Origin: Candidatus Krumholzibacteriota bacterium
GTDB taxonomy: Bacteria; Krumholzibacteriota; Krumholzibacteriia; JAJRXK01
Assembly: GCA_024276305.1 (NCBI GenBank)
Contig: JAJRXK010000090.1
Coordinates: 42,794-106,793, forward strand
Length of the DNA stretch: 64,000 nucleotides
Direction of reading: 5' to 3'
Shown: positions 58,043 to 64,000 of the stretch, piece after piece
Position numbering within the stretch: position 1 is the stretch's first letter
Layout of the letters: every line of letters starts with the position of its first letter
Notes under the pieces: generated by a model
What the model saw: the letters and a program-made list of their open reading frames with translations, nothing else
What the model was told of the DNA's origin: nothing
Databases searched by the model: none
Translations under genes and position numbers: made by a program

Positions 58043-58956
58043 CCCAACTCCTGCCTGGGGTCGAGGAGATGGTGGAGGATGTCGACGAGGATGTTCAGCG
58101 AGATGAGCAGAGTGCTGTAGAGGAGGACCGTCCCCATGGCCAGGGTGTAATCGCGGTTGAGAGCGGCGTTGACGAAGAAGGTGCCGAGGCCGGGAATGGC
58201 GAAGATCTTCTCGACCACCACACTCCCCACCAGGATGGATGCGGTCGCCGGTCCCAGGTAGGTGACCACCGGTAGAAGGGCGAGGCGCAGAGTATGACGC
58301 AAGAGGACCCGCCGCTCGGCGAGTCCCTTGGCGCGAGCGGTGCGAACGAAGTCCAAGTCGACGACTTCGAGGGTCCCCGCCCGGGCCAGGCGGGCGATGT
58401 AGGCCGCGCGCACTGCGCCCAGGGTGATGGCGGGGAGGATCAGCTGAGACAGGCTGCCCCAGCCACCGAGGGGCAGGAGATGCAATCCGAAGACGAAGAC
58501 CAGAATCAGCAGAGGCCCCAGCACGAAGTTGGGAACACAGATCCCGAAGAGGCTGAGTCCGGTGGCCACCAAGTCCGGCCATCGACGGTGATAGAGGGCG
58601 CCGATTACCCCGAGAGGAATTCCCGTCACCATCGCCAGTAGCAGAGCCACCATGCCCAGGGTCAGCGAGACGGGCAGGGCCTGGGAGAGGATCTCTCGGA
58701 CGGTCCATCCGCTGTACTTGAAGGAGGGCCCGAGGTCTCCCCGGCTCAGTCCGGCGACGTAGAGCCACAGCTGTTCGGGCAGGCCTCGGTCGAGTCCGTA
58801 GCGCGCTTCGAGATTCGCCCGGACCTGCGGATCGAGGCTTCGTTCATCGTCGAAGGGGCCACCGGGGGCCATGCGCATGAAGAAGAAGGAGGCCACGAGA
58901 ATCGCAGCCAGGAGGGGAATGGTGCCCAGAAGGCGTCGCAGGACGAATCGGATCAT
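58039..58956 (-). CDS. oppB: Oligopeptide/dipeptide ABC transporter permease (OppB/DppB type)
   Basis: MIRFVLRRLLGTIPLLAAILVASFF N-terminus typical of OppB/DppB; EAA-like region ...ARAKGLAERRVLLRHTLRLAL. About 305 aa, overlapping oppA and oppC by 4 nt. Confidence 0.82.
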   Translation of the reverse strand: MIRFVLRRLLGTIPLLAAILVASFFFMRMAPGGPFDDERSLDPQVRANLEARYGLDRGLPEQLWLYVAGLSRGDLGPSFKYSGWTVREILSQALPVSLTLGMVALLLAMVTGIPLGVIGALYHRRWPDLVATGLSLFGICVPNFVLGPLLILVFVFGLHLLPLGGWGSLSQLILPAITLGAVRAAYIARLARAGTLEVVDLDFVRTARAKGLAERRVLLRHTLRLALLPVVTYLGPATASILVGSVVVEKIFAIPGLGTFFVNAALNRDYTLAMGTVLLYSTLLISLNILVDILHHLLDPRQELG

Positions 58957-60542
58957 CGCTCCCCCTCCATCGATCGACGTCTCAGTTGCCCGAGGTGGAG
59001 GGTGTTGAGGAGGGTGGGCTCCAGTCCCTCCCATTTGCTGGCGTCGTAGAGGTTGGTGACCACGTAGGTGTAGATCGGAAGAATGATGCACTCTTGGACG
59101 GTGACGATCGATTCCAGCTGATGAAGCTGGCGCATGCGTTCGGCCGGATCGACGGTGGTCGCCGCTTCTTGCAACAAGCTGTCGTAGACGCTGCTGCGAA
59201 AGCCCGTCCGATTGTTCCCGCTCCCGGACTCCCAGATGTCGAGGAAGGTGCTGGGATCGAGGTAGTCGCCGATCCATCCGCCGCGTGCGATTTGGTAGTC
59301 CCCCCTTTGGACCGTCGCCTGAAACACCTTCCACTCCATGTTGCGGAGTTCCACTCGGGCCCCCAGGATTTCTCTCCATTGTTGTTGGAGAACTTCTGCG
59401 ATCTGGCGGTGTGACTCGCTGGTATTGAAGAGGAGTTCGATCTTGGGCAAGCCCTCGCCGTCGGGATAGCCCGCCTCCGCGAGGAGGCGACGAGCACGGT
59501 CAGGGTCGTAGCCCTCGAGGTGGACCTCCTGGTATCCGGGCAGCCCCGGCGGAACCAGGCTGTGGGCCACGAGTTGCCCGCCTCGCAGGACATTGGTGCA
59601 GATGCTCTGGGCGTCCACCGCGAAGTAGAAGGCCTGACGCACGCGGCGGTCGTCGAAGGGTGGGCGTCGCAGGTTGAATCGATAGAAGTAGGTAGAGAGA
59701 TAGGGAGCGGTGTGCCAATCCGGGCGGCGGGAGAGCCGGTCCACCAGGGCCGCGGGGACGCCGTCGGAATCGACCCAATCCAGGCCCCCGCTGGCATAAC
59801 GGTTGAAATTCGTATTCGCATGATCCCCCGCGATCGCGTCGACGATCTCCAGCGTCACCGCATCGGCATTCCAGTACCGAGGATTGCGGCGCATGCGGAT
59901 GCGCCGGTGGAGCAGCCATTGATCCAAGACGAAGGGCCCGTTGCTGACGATGAACTCGGGCCGGATCCAGAGGTCGGGGTGGGCTTCGACCACGTGTTTG
60001 GGAACCGGCAGGAGGGAGTAGAATGCGCAGAGATCCAAGAAGTAGGGAACCGGGTGCTCGAGTTCGACCACGAAGGTTCGGGGGTCGGGACACCGGAGGC
60101 CGAGACGGGAAGGATCGGTGAATTCGCCCCGGTTGAAAGCGCGCGCGCCCTTCACCGCGAAGAGAAGGTTGGCGTAGCGGGCGGCGGTCTTCGGGGCGAG
60201 CAGTCGGGTCCACGCGAAGCGAAAGTCCTCGCTGCTGAGCGGCCGCCCGTCGCTCCACACCGTGTCTCTCAGGTGGAAGGTCCAGACCCTTCCATCGGGG
60301 GTCGTTTCGATGGTTTCGGCGACCGCCGGAATGGCCTGGAGGTCGGGATGACGGCGGACGCAGAGTCCTTCGAAGAGGGCGGAGGCGATGCGACCTCCCG
60401 CCTGACCACTGACCCGACCGGGGTCGATGGTCTCCGGCTCCGGGTTGAGGAAGCGGAAGTCGGCGGGTTCTTCGTCGAAGCCACATCCCGCCAGCAGCAG
60501 AACCGCCAGGACCATCCAGCGCAGGCGGACCGAGCCCCGCAT
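58953..60542 (-). CDS. oppA: Peptide ABC transporter substrate-binding lipoprotein (SBP family 5, OppA/DppA-like)
   Basis: Signal plus lipobox MRGSVRLRWMVLAVLLLAGC, about 529 aa, family-5 SBP pattern. Start is set at the Met beginning the signal peptide (60542); the track ORF's N-extension is rejected. Confidence 0.8.
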   Translation of the reverse strand: MRGSVRLRWMVLAVLLLAGCGFDEEPADFRFLNPEPETIDPGRVSGQAGGRIASALFEGLCVRRHPDLQAIPAVAETIETTPDGRVWTFHLRDTVWSDGRPLSSEDFRFAWTRLLAPKTAARYANLLFAVKGARAFNRGEFTDPSRLGLRCPDPRTFVVELEHPVPYFLDLCAFYSLLPVPKHVVEAHPDLWIRPEFIVSNGPFVLDQWLLHRRIRMRRNPRYWNADAVTLEIVDAIAGDHANTNFNRYASGGLDWVDSDGVPAALVDRLSRRPDWHTAPYLSTYFYRFNLRRPPFDDRRVRQAFYFAVDAQSICTNVLRGGQLVAHSLVPPGLPGYQEVHLEGYDPDRARRLLAEAGYPDGEGLPKIELLFNTSESHRQIAEVLQQQWREILGARVELRNMEWKVFQATVQRGDYQIARGGWIGDYLDPSTFLDIWESGSGNNRTGFRSSVYDSLLQEAATTVDPAERMRQLHQLESIVTVQECIILPIYTYVVTNLYDASKWEGLEPTLLNTLHLGQLRRRSMEGER

Positions 60543-60737
60543 CGAAGGGGGATCGGAGAACCAAGGGCGGTGAAGGGAGGAGGGCATCCGATCTCGTGTC
60601 GCGGCTGCGAGTCCAGGGCGGGGGCGGAGCGCAGCATAGCATGCACCGAGGATCGAGGCACTCTTTGGTCCGAGGCTCGAATTCCGGTCTACCCGACCGC
60701 CAGAAGCGTGTATAACAGGAATCGAATTCCTCCACGG

Positions 60738-62315
60738 ATGGGATCGATGACCGACTACGGACCACTCTTTCGAAGCGCGGAGGCCTCGCCGTCTGCGGCG
60801 GAGGCGACTCTCGGAGTCCTCGAACTCAACGAGGCCATCGATGCGGCTCTGCGACGGGGCTTTCCCCGGGAGATCTGGGTTCGAGGAGAGATCCAGGGTC
60901 TGGCCCGGACCCGGATGCGTCGTCATTGGTATTTCGAGTTGGTGGAGAAGGATCCCCGGAGCGATCAGGTTCTCGCCAAGGTCAGCATCGCACTTCTGCA
61001 GTGGAACCGATCCGGAGTCGACCGGGAGCTGAAGGCCGCGCCCGGCTTCGAACTCGAGGACGACCTGGAAGTCAGAATCCGCTGCGAAGTGAGCTACTAC
61101 GCTCCTTTCGGAAAACTCCAACTCGTGATGAAGGGAATCGATCCGGCCTTCACTCTGGGCCAGATGGCAGTGAATCGGGACCGGATCCTGCGTCAGCTCG
61201 GCGCCGAAGGGTTGCTCGACCGCAATGCCGCCCGACCTCTGCCGCTGGTGCCCGGTCGGATCGGAGTGGTGACGAGCATCGGGAGTGCCGCCTACAACGA
61301 CTTCGTCCACGAGATCGAGAGGTCGGGTCTGGGACTGCGGATTCTGGCCTGTGATGCGAGGGTTCAGGGAGCGCAGACCGAGTCGACGGTGATCTCGGCC
61401 CTGCGAAGCCTCGAAGCGCGGGGCTGCGATCTTCTGGTCCTCATCCGGGGAGGGGGATCCCGCAGCGATCTCGCGGGTTTCGACTCCGAGACCATCGCTC
61501 GCGCCATCGCTTCGGCCTCGGTGCCAGTGTGGACGGGAATCGGTCACGAGATCGACCACAGCGTCGCCGACGTCGTGGCCCACCGTGCCTTCAAGACTCC
61601 CACTGCGGTGGCGGCGGCGATCGTCGAGTGCGGGGAGGGCTTTCTTTCTGCGGTGGAATCGCGGTGGGGAGAGATTCGGGCTCTGGCCCAACGACGTCTC
61701 GTGGAGGATTCCTCGCGTCTGACGCGACTGGCGACTGCGCTGTCCTCTTCTGCTTTGGGCCGGACGGAGATGGAGACGATGAGACTGGGCCATTGGGCTT
61801 CCCGTCTGCGTCGGGAGGCGGCCCATGCCAACGATCGCGCGGTCTCCAGACTCCAGCGTCGGAGCCGGGAGGTCGTCCATCTGGCGCGGGTGAGGCTGGT
61901 CGGAGCGGAGGCGCAGATTCGATCGAGGGCCTTGGTGTTGTCGCCGGCGAGGTTGGTGCAGCTCCTCTCCCGTCGAGAGGCTCAACTCCAGGGGTGGCGT
62001 CTGCGACTGATTCGGGCCGCAGGAAGGAATCTCCGTCTGCGCCAGGACCGGCTCGACGCCGTCGCCCTGCGGGTGCGGGCCGCAGATCCGCAGCTCTTGT
62101 TGCGGCGGGGTTACTCACTGACCTACACCCGAGAAGGGACCCTGGTCCGAGAGGTCGGACGACTGCGGCCGGGGACGGAATTGCGAACCCGCCTCGCCGC
62201 CGGTGAGGTGCTCAGCCGCGTGGAGTCGGTGGACCCAGGACGGAATTGCGGCGAGGGTCGCAACGTGGAACGCGATGATTCGAGAACGCACGACCGAGAG
62301 GAAGACGACCGGTGA
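60738..62315 (+). CDS. xseA: Exodeoxyribonuclease VII large subunit
   Basis: OB-fold N-terminus (...IWVRGEIQGLARTRMRRHWYFELVEKD...), catalytic core ...IGVVTSIGSAAYNDFVHEIERSGLGLRILACDARVQGAQ...LLVLIRGGGSRSDLAGFDSETIARAIA, C-terminal coiled coil. The track ORF's N-extension is trimmed to the ATG at 60738. Confidence 0.88.
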   Translation: MGSMTDYGPLFRSAEASPSAAEATLGVLELNEAIDAALRRGFPREIWVRGEIQGLARTRMRRHWYFELVEKDPRSDQVLAKVSIALLQWNRSGVDRELKAAPGFELEDDLEVRIRCEVSYYAPFGKLQLVMKGIDPAFTLGQMAVNRDRILRQLGAEGLLDRNAARPLPLVPGRIGVVTSIGSAAYNDFVHEIERSGLGLRILACDARVQGAQTESTVISALRSLEARGCDLLVLIRGGGSRSDLAGFDSETIARAIASASVPVWTGIGHEIDHSVADVVAHRAFKTPTAVAAAIVECGEGFLSAVESRWGEIRALAQRRLVEDSSRLTRLATALSSSALGRTEMETMRLGHWASRLRREAAHANDRAVSRLQRRSREVVHLARVRLVGAEAQIRSRALVLSPARLVQLLSRREAQLQGWRLRLIRAAGRNLRLRQDRLDAVALRVRAADPQLLLRRGYSLTYTREGTLVREVGRLRPGTELRTRLAAGEVLSRVESVDPGRNCGEGRNVERDDSRTHDREEDDR

Positions 62316-62605
62316 ATGCCAAGAAACGCTCCGCCCAGGCCGATCAGGGTCCATCTCCCGCCGAGATGAAGTATTCCGAGGCCATGGAGGAGTTGGAACA
62401 GATCTTGGAAGAACTCGAGGCCGACGAAATCGACGTGGACGAGCTCTCCCGACGGGTGGGTCGTGCGAGTGAGTTGGTCCGCCTGTGTCGGCAGCGATTG
62501 CAGCACTCCAAGACCGAGATCGAAGAGGTCGTGGCCGATCTCGAGGCCCTCGATGCTTCCAACCAAGAAGGCGACGTTGCCCGAGACGCAGACCAGCCCA
62601 CCTGA
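62312..62605 (+). CDS. xseB: Exodeoxyribonuclease VII small subunit
   Basis: ...YSEAMEELEQILEELEADEIDVDELSRRVGRASELVRLCRQRLQHSKTEIEEV is the XseB helical hairpin. Overlaps the xseA stop. Start is uncertain (possibly the downstream ATG at about 62366). Confidence 0.8.
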   Translation: MNAKKRSAQADQGPSPAEMKYSEAMEELEQILEELEADEIDVDELSRRVGRASELVRLCRQRLQHSKTEIEEVVADLEALDASNQEGDVARDADQPT

Positions 62606-64000
62606 GTCGCCGGAAGCGCGATGGCGCCGCGATGTCTACGTCGACGGCTGCGTGCAGTTGACCTGGCGCGCGGTCCTCACCGGTGCGCTCATCGGGGGCG
62701 TGCTCGGGATCAGCAATCTCTACGTGGGCTTGAAGGCCGGATGGGCGATGGGAGTCGCGATCACTGCTTGCGTCTTGAGCACGGCACTCTGGCGTGCCTT
62801 CGCAAGATGGGGAGTGTCGCGGTCCCCGATGCGCTTGCTCGAACAGAATTGCATGCAGTCGACGGCGTCGGCCGCCGGTTATCCCACCGGTGCGATCCTG
62901 GTCACGGCGGTGCCCGCCTGGGCCATGATCAGCGGTCAGGAACCCAGTCCGTGGTGGCTGGCCGCCTGGACCATCCTCCTCTCCACGCTGGGACTTCTTC
63001 TGGCGCTCACTTTCTGGAGGCCGTTGCTCCACCGCGAGAATCTGCCCTGGCCGAGTTCGGTGGCCGCGGCCCAGACTCTACGCACTCTGCATGCGGAGGG
63101 GTCCCGTGCGGTTCGTCAGGCGCGGCAGCTCTTCGGAGCTGCGCTGATCTCCGGGGCAGTACGATGGTGCATGGGGGCTTCCTTCTCCTGGTGGAGAGTG
63201 CCGCCATTGGTCGAGGTCCTCGGGGGAGGAGGGCGACTGGCGGGAGTGCCGTCTTCGCAGTGGACGGTGGGCATCGACATCGGACCGGTGATCGTTGGGG
63301 CGGGCGCTCTTCTCGGACTGCGTACGGGCATCTCCCTGGTCCTGGGTTCGGCGGCGGCCTTCCTCGTGGTCGGTCCCTGGATGCACGCCTTGGGTCTGCT
63401 CCAGGAAGTGGGATTTCGCGAGGTTCTGATGTCCTTCGCTCTGTGGGGAGGAGCGGCCCTCATGCTCACCACCAGTGTGGCCTCGCTTCTGCTGCAGTGG
63501 CGGGTGCTGTGGAGGGGGGCGCAAGGCCTGCGCGCCCTCCGATCCCAGGGTTCCGGCGGGACCGATCCTCTGAACGGCCTCGAGGTCCCCGGGCGCTGGA
63601 TCGCGGTGGGCATTCTCGGTCTGGGGATTCTGGTGGCCTGGGCGGGTGAGGTGGGCCTCGGCATGGCGTGGTGGGTTTCGGTCATCGCGGTGGCCATGGC
63701 CTTGGTGGCGACGTTGGTCGCGGCCCGAGCGACGGCAGAGACCGATATCACTCCGATTGGTTCCCTGGGCAAGGTCACCCAACTCGGATTGGGGGCCCTC
63801 CAACCCGCCGACGCCGGCGTGAATCTCCTGGGGACCTCCATCGTCACCACCAGCGCGATTTCCGGAGCAGACCTGCTCAGCAACCTCGAGTGCGGGCGAC
63901 GCTTGGGAGCTCACCCGCGGCACCAGACCTTGGCCCAATTCCTGGGCATCGTGGCCGGAACGGCAGTGGTGGTTCCGGTCTATCGCCTCCTCGTTCCCAC
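62553..64000 (+). CDS. OPT-family oligopeptide transporter, N-terminal about 480 aa; continues past the window end
   Basis: Absent from the ORF track because there is no stop before nt 64000. Frame from ATG 62553: MLPTKKATLPETQTSPPESPEARWRRDVYVDGCVQLTWRAVLTGALIGGVLGISNLYVGLKAGWAMGVAI..., polytopic, with OPT-like motifs (NLYVGLKAGW, ...DITPIGSLGKVTQL...). Overlaps the xseB 3' end by about 50 nt. Confidence 0.7.
   Translation, partial: MLPTKKATLPETQTSPPESPEARWRRDVYVDGCVQLTWRAVLTGALIGGVLGISNLYVGLKAGWAMGVAITACVLSTALWRAFARWGVSRSPMRLLEQNCMQSTASAAGYPTGAILVTAVPAWAMISGQEPSPWWLAAWTILLSTLGLLLALTFWRPLLHRENLPWPSSVAAAQTLRTLHAEGSRAVRQARQLFGAALISGAVRWCMGASFSWWRVPPLVEVLGGGGRLAGVPSSQWTVGIDIGPVIVGAGALLGLRTGISLVLGSAAAFLVVGPWMHALGLLQEVGFREVLMSFALWGGAALMLTTSVASLLLQWRVLWRGAQGLRALRSQGSGGTDPLNGLEVPGRWIAVGILGLGILVAWAGEVGLGMAWWVSVIAVAMALVATLVAARATAETDITPIGSLGKVTQLGLGALQPADAGVNLLGTSIVTTSAISGADLLSNLECGRRLGAHPRHQTLAQFLGIVAGTAVVVPVYRLLVP

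Noticed and set aside
60660-60730. Direct 9-nt repeat TCGAATTCC, present twice in the oppA/xseA divergent intergenic region.
   Set aside because: Too short, and it contains the self-complementary GAATTC core. Likely chance.
59520-60737. N-terminal 406 codons of track ORF 59520..62315.
   Set aside because: They run antisense through oppA. The XseA homology starts at ATG 60738.
62621-63649. 342-aa plus-strand ORF MAPRCLRRRLRAVDLARG...
   Set aside because: Wrong frame inside the OPT transporter gene. The frame starting at ATG 62553 gives a coherent polytopic membrane protein and stays open to the window end.
1-64000. Possible CRISPR arrays, transposases, integrases, phage genes or toxin-antitoxin pairs.
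   Set aside because: By eye I found no direct-repeat/spacer arrays. I found no IS-like inverted terminal repeats flanking ORFs, and no DDE-transposase or tyrosine-recombinase signatures. The window looks like a core chromosome.

Overview
This is a high-GC (about 65-70%) bacterial chromosomal segment from a diderm (Gram-negative) organism. It is densely packed with conserved housekeeping genes in long, translationally coupled operons. Left to right: dnaG(3' part)-rpoD, tRNA-Met(CAU), tRNA-Val(CAC) and an intrinsic terminator; a COG1579 zinc-ribbon protein and an RNase H-like protein; the RNase P RNA gene (rnpB), which the ORF track cannot show; recJ, relA/spoT, dtd, maf and mtnA; rplM-rpsI; rpsB-tsf-pyrH-frr; a minus-strand lysine-ketoglutarate reductase plus saccharopine dehydrogenase pair inserted between frr and uppS; uppS-cdsA-dxr-rseP; a small divergent lipoprotein; bamA-tamB followed by an unusual 1,096-aa protein that fuses an HExxH metallopeptidase-like domain, a TolB-like PD40 beta-propeller and an Omp85 beta-barrel; pcrA/uvrD; a TPR protein interrupted by an in-frame TAA; gatCAB; a small secreted protein and a lamin-tail-domain protein; meaB; a butyryl-CoA-type beta-oxidation cluster (three acyl-CoA dehydrogenases, thiolase, hbd); ispH and type-2 IDI; a GldA/GldF/GldG-like ABC system plus a DUF4340 protein; cysteine desulfurase; pepA; oppABC on the minus strand; xseA-xseB; and the start of an OPT-family oligopeptide transporter. 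I saw no CRISPR arrays, transposases or integrases. The large minus-strand ORFs in the track are mostly antisense shadow ORFs of the plus-strand genes. The most notable candidate is the bamA-tamB-[peptidase-propeller-Omp85 fusion] locus.
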